Under the pieces are notes generated by a model. The model searched no databases. It was not told where the DNA came from and saw only the letters and a program-made list of their open reading frames with translations. The position numbers and the translations under genes were made by a program. DNA of 64,000 bases from Bugula neritina (lineage: Eukaryota; Animalia; Bryozoa): contig OZ037768.1 in NCBI GenBank assembly GCA_964035545.1, positions 2,512,741 through 2,576,740 on the forward strand, given 5' to 3'. Positions 35,701-46,900 of this stretch are shown piece after piece (within the stretch, counting starts at the first letter, position 1; the number at the start of each line of letters is the position of its first letter).

Positions 35701-38700
35701 AAGTCCTTCTACTTCTCTGGAAGACCATACTGGTAGGCGGAGCTTTATTTCCCCACCTACTTATATATATGCTTCAGCTTGTTCTCTACTATCGCTGAAA
35801 TAACAATGCTATCTTCACTTGATCTACTTTATGAAGTTGTTAGTGTGTGGAAGTCAAGTTGGTTTATTAAATAGCCCGTGTTTTTACTTCACTGTTAGCC
35901 TAGGGCCACACTGTGCGTATTTTCGCATGCGAAAATTAAAATCACAAGTAGCAAAGGTGTCCACTGTAGCGTCAGTGATGCGTGATAAATAAAGCTTTCA
36001 TTATTAAATCGCACTCGCTTTCAATAAAACGCAATTTACTGGAATATAGCACTAAATAAAGAAATTGGGCTCGCTGAATAACTACCAGCCAATTAGGTGA
36101 CGACGACAGAGACGATTCGCATTTGCGTTGAAAATGCAGAGCGACAAGTGCGAATGTTTTCTCAACGCGCACAGTGGACACCTTTGCTACTTGTGATTTC
36201 AATTTTCGCATGCGAAAATACGCATCGTGTGGCCCTAGGCTTAGCCCTTATTGAACAGACATCCTAACCTCAGTCTCCACACTTGGGCCAAAGGCTTGCT
36301 CTAAATGACGACCTTCTGCCATGCTGCTGCCTATTACAATGCTGCCTTCTCTCCCAGGTATCGATGGGCTCCCTGAAGGAACTTCACCAGACTAAGAACG
36401 AGATGAGGAGAGCAGCCGGCCTCCCCGAGTGGCCCGAGGACAACGTAGAAGTTTGTAAAAACATCAGAGCTTCGACTCCGCCTGCGGCCGGAATGGAGTT
36501 TATGGACGGACGACGCAGCAGACAAGCGCGGCAGGTGTGTCCTGCAGTCTACTAGCATTCGTACATGTGCTGAGCCGTTCCCTAGTGAAATCTGTTACTC
36601 TGGAATCAACCTTCCTTTTCTGGTGGAACATGTTTTGCATCATAATACGGTTACATTGTATTCTGTTGGTAGCACAATTCTAGTCTGCAGGCTTTATTAT
36701 GTTGAGAAAACAACTCCTAATCTATTTGTATTGGCAGATGGTGTCTGCTTGTAGGATGCGTTTGACCCGTTTTCTGATGCGGATGAGGAGGAAGAAGTGG
36801 CGAACTCGGAAGACCAAAGTCCGGGCACGCCCAGACCCGGTTCTCCTGTTGCAGAACCTGTGGAAACTCCCGTCATTAAAGTCAATAAGGCCTTGCCTTG
36901 GAGGTCAAAGGTTAGGTAAGTAAGTCAGCCTGTTGCTATGGTGACCGGGTAAACATGCCGAACATAGGAATGTTGTGTGATTCGACATGGTTTATGGGAA
37001 TATATTTTGTAAGTTTAAATATTATGTTGACAACATCTTTTACATAGCAACTCTGTTACCTCTGTCACTCTACTGTATACTCTGTACTGTACTGTATACT
37101 CTGTACTGTATACTCTGTACTGTATACTCTGTACTGTATACTCTGTACTGTATACTCTGTACTGTATACTCTGTACTGTATACTCTGTACTGCATACTCT
37201 GTACTGTATACTCTGTACTGTGTATACTGTGTGTTAACACTGTCACTGTACACTGCAGGGAGAAAGACTTAGAGCAGTTCTTAGCTCAGACTAGACAGAA
37301 GTTTGTGGGGCTGAAGGTACACAACGACCTGAACTCGTTGGCCGGTCTCCCCAATCCCATTCATGAAGGGGTCAAGGTCTTGAAGGAGCACATTTATGTC
37401 TCGCTGTCCGAGGTGCAGATCAAACAGGAAGAGGAAGTCACCAAAAATCCTCTTTCTCAGGTCAGTTACAGACGGTAGTATATACTATGTATAGTATACG
37501 TATACTGTAGTATGTACTGTGTATAGTATACATATATAGTAGTATATACTGTGTATACTGTAGTATATAATGTGTATAGTATACATATACTGTAGTATAT
37601 AATGTATATAGTATACATATACTGTAGTATATCATGTGTATAGTATACATATACTGTAGTATATCATGTGTATAGTATATGTATACTGTAGCATATAATA
37701 TGTATACTGTAGTATATAATGTGTATAGTATACGTATACTGTAGTATATAATGTGTATAGTATACGTATACTGTAGTATGTAATGTGTATAGTATACGTA
37801 TACTGTAGTATGTAATGTGTATACTGTAGTATGTAATGTGTAGTCTACTGGAATATTTTGTAGCCTGAGTCCGACATAGCTGAGACAGCTGCGGAGGCCC
37901 TCTACCGCTCTATGCTACCCCACCTACCCCAGTATATGATTTCACTGCTCAAGCTTCTTCTAGCAGCTGCTCCTGCATGCAAACCAAAGACAGATTCTAT
38001 CAACATCCTGGCAGATGTACTTCCCGAGGAAATGCCGTACGTGTTGCTATGGTTACCGGGCTATGGCCATCTTGTCTTACCTGCTTATTTAGTTCAAATG
38101 TTTATATAGTATCCACTTGTTGCATCTCTTAAGAATGCAATACAGAATGCTGTAAACTTATTGTCTGCTGTGTTATATCTAGGACTACAGTGCTGGACTC
38201 CATGAAGTTAGCTATTGACGTGAACAGGCACAAGGAAATTATAGTAAAGGCTATATCTGGGCTTTTTCTTCTTCTATTAAAATGGTTCAAGTTGAATCAT
38301 ATCTATCAGGTAAACTTACCACTGTGTACCAGGTAAACATTGCTACTGTGTACCAAGTAAACCTACTGTGTACCAGGTAGATCTCGTTACTGTGTATAAC
38401 GAGTAAAGCTGTTGGCACACCACATCACAGTCTATCTAGAATTCTTATATCTATACTGATGTATTTCCTCTGCCTTTAATCCGAGTTCTTATATTCTATA
38501 CTGATGTATTTCCTCTGCCTTTAGTTTGAGTTCATGAGTCAGCACCTGGTGTTTGCCAACTGCATACCGCTAGTCATCAAGTTCTTCAACCAGACAATCC
38601 TAGCATACGTACAGACTAAGAACAGCATTTCCGTGCTCGACTTCCCCGAATGTGTACTCAGCGAGGAAGAGGAATTGTCTGCCGAAACTTTGGTACGTAG

Positions 38701-40522
38701 AAACTGTTGCTGCTCACTTGTTGGGAGATGAGTTGTGTAACAGATGTTCAGTTATATAAAGAAGGTTCAGTTCTTTTATTTTGGGGATTTAGATTTTGAG
38801 TGGGTTAAGCAGGGAATAATTTAAGTTGTAAGAAAAGTTGCTATATAAAGAGATAGACTACCAGAGCTGATTGCTGGTTCTGGCTCTCACCTTGCTCTGC
38901 ATATGGTGCTAACACTGTGGGAAGCAGAGAGATCTTCTCACTTGTTCTCCCAAAATACCTGTTTAGTGTTTAACACTCTAAATACTTGATGGAAAAGTGT
39001 GAAGTAGTAGCGTTGTATGGTAATTCTAATAAACAGATACGATGAGTGTTCATATATTTGACTTTTTCTCAGATCTTAAACTTTACTATGTCTTAGACTT
39101 CAGAGCAACCTGTGAATAAGCCTCAGTAAATAAACATTCTTGAGTTTCAAAGAAAAAATTTCATAGAAACTCACTGAAGCTGTCTGATGGTAAATTATGT
39201 CATGTGACTTTCAAACAGGAAACGGGTGATTCGCAGACGTGCTGTTGGAGGAACATGTTCTCTTGCATCAACCTCCTTCGGATACTCAATAAACTGACTA
39301 AATGGAAACACTCTAGGACTATGGTAAGAGTTCATCATCTCTTATACACCTATACATAAATAGTTTATATACAGTTTGCACGCTGTACTTCATGGAGTAA
39401 ATTAATGTACGACTTCTTGTGAGCTGTTATTGGCTAGTTAGTACAGTACTGAGCCAATAGCATCCTATGTAACATACTTACTTGTGTATGTAGATGCTCA
39501 TCATATTCAAGTCAGCCCCCATACTGAAGAGAGCTCTGAAGGTGAAGCATGCCATGATGCAAGTCTATGTGCTGAAACTCATTAAACTACAGACCAAGTA
39601 CCTGGGCAGGCAGTGGAGGAAGAGCAATATGAAGACCATGTCGGCCATTTATTGTAAAGTTAGACATCGGCTCACAGATGACTGGGCTTTTGGTAATGGT
39701 AAGTTTGTATACAGGTGTACCTTTGTAACAGCGAGTCTATGATGGTAAGTTTGTAAACAGGTGTGCCTTTGTGACAGTGAGTCTATAATGGTAAGTTTGT
39801 ATTCAGGTGTGCTTTTGTAACAGTGAGTCTATAATGGTAAGTTGGTATACATGTGCCTTTGTATGGCATTGGGTTTTTATGGTTGTGTTTTTTATGCCAA
39901 TAAGTTGATACATGCTTTGTTAGTTGCAGTTGTTTTTCCTTAGTATATTTTACACTAATGAAGTAATATGCTATGTGGTTTGACAATTTCAAGTAAATAA
40001 TACACTTGATTAATTCCGTAAACAATTGCTTGAAGTATGTTTATGTAAAGGTAAGTCTGTATATAAAGTAGATTTCTAAAGAATTGTGGTTGTGTGACTA
40101 CTTTGTGGAACTACATCGGCAGTATACACCCATGTTGTGAAGGTAACGTGGCACCACCTTGTTGAGTTGATACCAAACAGTATTAACCAGTAGGTGTGGT
40201 GAACCACTTGTGGTGTAATTATGTCATCCGGTGTGTTCAAGGATGGAGAAATATTTCAATTCCTTTTTCAGATATGGATGCGAGGCCGTGGGATTTCCAA
40301 GCTGAAGAATACGCACTCAGGTCTTGTGTAGACAGATTTAATAACCGAAGGTATGTCAACGATGGTTATGATCCCGACTTCAAACCAGTTGATAACAACT
40401 TGCAAAGCATTCTGGGAGAGGAAGTACAATTGACTATGGAGTTTAAAATGAATTATGAGAAATGGTTGGAGCGAGAAGTGCACGGCACACAAATAGACTG
40501 GAATCTGCTCCTGCGGCACTAA
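32800..40522 (+). CDS. STRIP1: Striatin-interacting protein 1 (FAM40/Far11, STRIPAK subunit)
   Basis: 15 exons: 32800-32868, 33215-33281, 33558-33632, 34159-34296, 34758-34947, 35498-35732, 36358-36534, 36755-36915, 37259-37460, 37864-38036, 38183-38309, 38525-38692, 39219-39323, 39494-39698, 40272-40522. Motifs ELYSYTE, HFPVKKVLLLLWKTIL, LPQYMISLLKLLLAAAP, KYLGRQWRKSNMKTMSAIY, DARPWDFQAEE. Confidence 0.97.
34472..34763 (+). repeat. 41-bp minisatellite, 7 copies, straddling the STRIP1 exon 5 acceptor
   Basis: Unit gtgtgtatactgtgaggtgtagaggtataatctgctgccag; CAG|GTGTGT junctions after 34511, 34552, 34593, 34634, 34675, 34716, 34757. Confidence 0.97.
35898..36240. mobile_element. PIF/Harbinger (Tourist-like) MITE, 343 bp, in STRIP1 intron 6
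   Basis: 70-bp near-perfect TIRs (35898-35967 and 36171-36240) starting GCCTAGGGCCACAC; TTA on both flanks (35895-35897, 36241-36243); no coding capacity. Confidence 0.88.
37070..37228. repeat. 14-bp minisatellite (tactgtatactctg), about 11 copies
   Basis: Ends about 30 nt before the STRIP1 acceptor at 37258. Confidence 0.95.
37475..37843. repeat. About 32-bp minisatellite filling most of STRIP1 intron 9
   Basis: Unit tactgtagtatataatgtgtatagtatacata and variants, between donor 37460 and acceptor 37863. Confidence 0.92.
39695..39862 (+). repeat. 46-bp minisatellite straddling the last STRIP1 donor
   Basis: ATG|GTAAGT junctions after 39698, 39744, 39790, 39836. Confidence 0.93.
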
Positions 40523-40918
40523 ATGTGATAGGAATGCTGAGTAGCCCAGCCCGACACTTCCAGTTGCGGCCTGCGCTATTTTTTAAATTAGGTGATGTGT
40601 ATTTTAGGCAGTTGAATGTTTTTAGAAAGATATATTTATTGATAGCTGTACAATATAAATTTAATATTCCAATTTATAAATAAATGTACATAATCTACCC
40701 TCAACATCGTGGACAGCATAAAGAATACAGAATATTGAAAATATAATATAAGAATAAAAGTATTAATGATCTCATAAAATGAACGCAGTGTGCATTTATA
40801 ATGCAAGCTGCCAGTGGTAGTATGTACACAGCAATGTATACAAGTATTTCTCTATTAGGATAATGCAGTGTTAATGTATTGTACAGCTATAATGATAAGG
40901 AACAATCTGGAGTACTAG

Positions 40919-43900
40919 TTAGCCCTGGTCTATCCTTGTTAGTAGTACCCTGTACTGCTCAGTTGTTTCATCTACAACAAAGTTTGAACATTCAAAATTC
41001 ATGCTATAAAACCTGGTAAAATATTTGCAGCATTCAACATTGCAATAAATATAACTGTATGGTTGAAATTAGACAATTGAAACTGTTTCTGCCAACTATT
41101 TTTCTTAAAATAGCAACACAGTTATATTACGCAATATTCACCATGTTGAAAGATACATACTTTTAAGCACCTCCACACTGTACTGTGTATTATCAGGCAT
41201 ATTCTGTACAACCTCATCAGTGACTAGTATGTGTATTTTGTTTACACCCAGAAGGTGCACATCAACTATTACAGTTGGGGAAGCATTGAACAAGTTGGCT
41301 AACTTGTCTATCAGTTCCTGGCAGGTGGCAGTTCCCAAGTATAACACATGGAATACTAGAAAATATAAACAATATAACATGTGGTCAATAAATAGAGAGT
41401 TCATAACTCCCAACAAATTTGCTCTGTTATTACAAATCAGCAAAAAATAGTGTTATGAGAACACACAAGGCACAACAATACCAAACCGATTCTAATTTTC
41501 AAATATCATGGCCTTTTCCCAACACGTAAAGACTTGGTTGAGTATTTTATAGTTTTGAGACTCAAACTCTAAACCCAACAGTTTAAAATATTGCGTCAAC
41601 AAATAGAGATAGAGCAGTAACCAACCTGACTCGGATTGTATGTTGACGTATATAGTGAGTCTGGGACGAACAGATTTCACTTGCAGCGCATTGTTCAGCC
41701 GAATGCCGTCAGCTAAACCACAGATTTGTATGAGCTCATCTCTGGTAAGTGTCAGCAAGTCAGCACCTATACATCAACAGTGTATACCAGGTGTCAACAC
41801 ATCAACAGTGTATACAAGGTGTCAACACATCAACAGTATGTACCAGGTGTCAACACATCAACAGTGTATACCGGGTGTCAACACATCAACAATGTGTATA
41901 CCAGGTGTCAACACATCAACAGTGTATACCAGGTGTCAACACATCAACAGTGTGTACCAGGTGTCAACACATCAACAGTGTGTATATCAGAGCTAGAGAC
42001 AGTGCCATATACTAAATAAACCACTAAACACAGTGAGTTGTGTCCCCTACAGCGGTATGAACATGTAGAGCTGCACAGTAGAACGAGGAACGTACCTGTG
42101 AAGTTGGAGAAGAATTTGCAGTAATTACCAAATCTGTTGGCTCTCAGCCAAGCGCTCACGTCAGAGTCACTCGTATCTTTTGTAATTTGCCGTACAGTGT
42201 TGGCAGGCTAGAGCATACAACATCAGTACTATGACAGTGTAGGTAGTGCTGTGACAGCGTAGGTGTACTATGACAGTGTAGGTGTACTATGACAGCGTAG
42301 GTGTACTATGACAGTGTAGGTAGTGCTATATTACAGGTTGTATTACAATCAACTGTTGTTGTTCTGCATATCATATATCATACAATGCTCCCTCCGTATC
42401 CCACTGAGCTACGGGTTCCGAAACCCCAATTCGTGACATAGTAGAATACCAGATTTAAACAACGAAACCATTAAATTCGCCCATTTACTTCCTATACACA
42501 CTTATATATAGGCCACAAAACGCGGTCCAAGCCTTTCTCATGAGCTATGGAATCACGTGAGAAATGGATCCATGAGCTATGGCGGGAGCACTCTATATAT
42601 AACTGTACTCAAGTCACACCAGCATACTTGAAATACATCAATATTATAACATCAAACATCTCAAAACTTGTTATTGAGTGCAACTTGGCTCAAGCATACA
42701 TTCAACTATCATCATATTAGCATGTCAAAGAATTGTCTTCTCATAATGTAGTAGAATATACTATACTTACAGGGGAATCAGTTGACCCGCTAGAGTTGGT
42801 CTCATTATCAAAGGAACAGACTCTAAAACAGAACACATACTATACTATAGCTGATATAGTATAGTAGATAGTGCTAACAGTCTAAAGTGTAGATAGTGTA
42901 GAGGGATGACCAAGTACACCAGACAGTATAGAATAGTATAGATTATAGACACTATAAAATGTAGACACTATAGAATATAGACAGTGTAGTGTAGACAGTG
43001 TAGTGTAGACACTATAGAATATAGACAGTGTAGTGTAGACACTATAGAATATAGACAGTGTAGTGTAGACAGTGTAGTGTAGACACTATAGAATATAGAC
43101 ACTATAGAATATAGACACTATAGAATATAGACAGTGTAGTGTAGACAGTGTAGTGTAGACAGTGTAGTGTAGACAGTGTAGTGTAGACAGTGTAGTGTAG
43201 ACAGTGTAGTGTAGACAGTGTAGTGTAGACAGTGTAGTGTAGACAGTGTAGTGTAGACAGTGTAGTGTAGACAGTGTAGTGTAGACAGTGTAGTGTAGAC
43301 AGTGTAGTGTAGACAGTGTAGTGTAGACAGTGTAGTGTAGACAGTGTAGTGTAGACAGTGTAGTGTAGACAGTGTAGTGTAGACAGTGTAGTGTAGACAG
43401 TGTAGTGTAGACAGTGTAGTGTAGACAGTGTAGTGTAGACAGTGTAGTGTAGACAGTGTAGTGTAGACAGTGTAGTGTAGACAGTGTAGTGTAGACAGTG
43501 TAGTGTAGACAGTGTAGTGTAGACAGTGTAGTGTAGACAGTGTAGTGTAGACAGTGTAGTGTAGACAGTGTAGTGTAGACAGTGTAGTGTAGACAGTGTA
43601 GTGTAGACAGTGTAGTGTAGACAGTGTAGTGTAGACAGTGTAGTGTAGACAGTGTAGTGTAGACAGTGTAGTGTAGACAGTGTAGTGTAGACAGTGTAGT
43701 GTAGACAGTGTAGTGTAGACAGTGTAGTGTAGACAGTGTAGTGTAGACAGTGTAGTGTAGACAGTGTAGTGTAGACAGTGTAGTGTAGACAGTGTAGTGT
43801 AGACAGTGTAGTGTAGACAGTGTAGTGTAGACAGTGTAGTGTAGACAGTGTAGTGTAGACAGTGTAGTGTAGACAGTGTAGTGTAGACAGTGTAGTGTAG

Positions 43901-46900
43901 ACAGTGTAGTGTAGACAGTGTAGTGTAGACAGTGTAGTGTAGACAGTGTAGTGTAGACAGTGTAGTGTAGACAGTGTAGTGTAGACAGTGTAGTGTAGAC
44001 AGTGTAGTGTAGACAGTGTAGTGTAGACAGTGTAGTGTAGACAGTGTAGTGTAGACAGTGTAGTGTAGACAGTGTAGTGTAGACAGTGTAGTGTAGACAG
44101 TGTAGTGTAGACAGTGTAGTGTAGACAGTGTAGTGTAGACAGTGTAGTGTAGACAGTGTAGTGTAGACAGTGTAGTGTAGACAGTGTAGTGTAGACAGTG
44201 TAGTGTAGACAGTGTAGTGTAGACAGTGTAGTGTAGACAGTGTAGTGTAGACAGTGTAGTGTAGACAGTGTAGTGTAGACAGTGTAGTGTAGACAGTGTA
44301 GTGTAGACAGTGTAGTGTAGACAGTGTAGTGTAGACAGTGTAGTGTAGACAGTGTAGTGTAGACAGTGTAGTGTAGACAGTACAGCCCGCAGACAAGGCT
44401 CATAGACAGGTTATTGTAAAACTGCAGGCAAGGGATTATGACTAACTTTGCAGACGTTACTATGAGGGTATGGAGTAAATACAATGACTTTGCTTTTTGA
44501 AGTTACACAATGCTTAGACTGAAGGAATCTTAATATAGCATTTGACTACTGAAACTGTCAGCTAGTAGCAACTTATCAGTGCAATCAATAGCACAGCCAT
44601 CACATATCAGCAGAAGAAACTACTATTGTGAGTGACTCTAACACCAACACATTCTACATGCTGACACAGTAAAGGAAGGAGAAATAACCCCCACCCCCCT
44701 CTGGTCATGTATTTAGAGTAGAGAGAAGACTTACTCCGCAGGCACTGGCTGATTGTGGTAGGGGTTGTGGGCTATTGCAATGGAGGGAGAGTTATGTACA
44801 GGAGTCATCTCACAGGTGGTGCTGACTACGGGTTTAGGCGGCTGAGTTCGCTGCATGACAATGGCGTTGTCTATGGGCACCTCTGTCAGCACCGTCACGT
44901 CAAAGGATGGCTGGTATTTATCCTGGAACAGAGTGTTTACTGTGAATGCAGAGAGTAAATATATGACAAATTAATTGATGAATATTTGTTACTATCATGG
45001 TGTTTATTACAGCAAAATATGTAGCGTGTAGTATACAGTGTGTTGCGTACAGTTTGTAGTATACAGTGTGTAGTATACAGTGTGTAGTATAATTGTAGGT
45101 TGCCATAGTAACACTGTAGTACCAACCACTCATATGCGGAGAACAAAACCTTACCTTGTCGATTACGGATATTTTTTCCACTTTATCTCTGTCAGTTTTC
45201 TGTTTCCTGTCAGCGCCCTTAGGCTATAACAGCAGAGAACACAGTCTATGCATGAGAAGGGACAACTCACTCAGATATACTATAACCATGTACTTTCCAA
45301 AACTAAAAACTTCAATTCTACATCATCATGAGAAGATAAATTCCAACACTGAACACCTCTTGGGCTAGCCTCATTAACTGTAAAATGATTGTCATCCATA
45401 GTAACATTTGGAAAATGCTTGTGGTATTTAGGATGTATATGCGTTCTGAGGTGAACAACACATTTTTCAAACTCTTGCATCACCATTAAACTAGGATGTA
45501 GTGATATGGATAGAAAAATGCTTTCTCATCCGTCAATATTAGGTGCAACTTCTACCTCAACTGTACTGTTACTCTCAATGATGGAGTATACTGTATACTA
45601 GCCTGGAGCATACAGAGTGTGCAGGTTGTTTGCATGTAGCTGCAGCCATATTGGTGATAAGACATTCCTGCTATTAACGTGATGTGGCACACAGCCAGAT
45701 AAGCGACAGGCAATCAATCACTTAGCAGTACACGTGAACCCTACAGCTAGTTGACATACAAACTAGTCACTGAGTGAGACTTTAGGTCACGCCATGAGCT
45801 CTACATGTAAAGGTCACCTTAAACACTTTGATTTGACAGGAAGCACAGTAGAGGAGCTTGCGCTGCTCGTCCTCGTTGTACGAATAGGTGTCCACTTGAA
45901 TTCGGAAAGGGACGCCTTTCTCTCCCCCGTGCTTCTTTGGCGTGAACTCCGTACTGATGCAGTTCACCTGGGAACAGGAACATCACTCCAAATTTAAGTG
46001 ACGACAGTGCAGACGTTATAACAGTGCAGATGTTATAACAGTGCAGATGTGCTACTAGTGCAGATGTGACAATAGAACAGGTGTGGTAACTCTGTATATT
46101 GCATCAAAAAAATTAGAGGATGAAAAATCTAGTTATTTAAAGCAATTCATTCAAAAACCAACAGTTTTTCAGTCAAACGATACACTAATATTACTCAATT
46201 ACTTGCTTACTTACTATATTATTTGTTACTTACTATACTTACTATACTTACTCACCAGCTAGTCAAGTTGTAAGTTATCAGATTGAGTGATCTACTTCCT
46301 AGACTAGTTATAGCTATCATACTGTATAGCTACATTGCTATACATACCATTGTTAAGTTCTACAGCTTCTAGTACTTGATCATATACACATAATACAGTA
46401 AAGTGTAGACCATAACTATATGCATAAACAACAATATGCCACTACAACACTACACTTGCTATAATTACTTATTATACTTACTATATTTCTTGTTACTTAC
46501 TTACTATACTTACTTACTATACTTACTGTTACTTTATCTGAGGACACACTCAACTAGATTCACCGCAGATCAAAATGAGAACATAACTGAAAGCCAATGT
46601 CATTAAATGTAAGCAGAAACCAAACCTGAAAGGTAGCCTAGTAAATGAGTAGCCTACAGTTTACTGTACACCAGATTAACATTAGCCTGGGAACCAACCT
46701 TGATAAATACGCCACAATCTTTAGTAGAATCCCAGACAAACTCTAGCATGTTGAGATTTCTTTGCTCTGCTCTGAGGTCGAGTATACCATATGAGAGAGG
46801 GGAGTCTGTCAACAAACAGAGTTTTAGTCATCGGCAGCAAGACTGTGGCAGCGTAAGTGCTGACAATTCCATATATACAAGCTAAGGCCATATGTAAGCA

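Noticed and set aside
44384-44422. Extra TFCP2 exon after the cctgcag acceptor-like site
   Set aside because: The required phase-2 frame hits TGA within seven codons and there is no good donor.
43086-44484. 436-aa and 460-aa minus-strand ORFs
   Set aside because: They are translations of a stop-free 14-bp satellite inside a TFCP2 intron; the flanking exons splice in frame without them.
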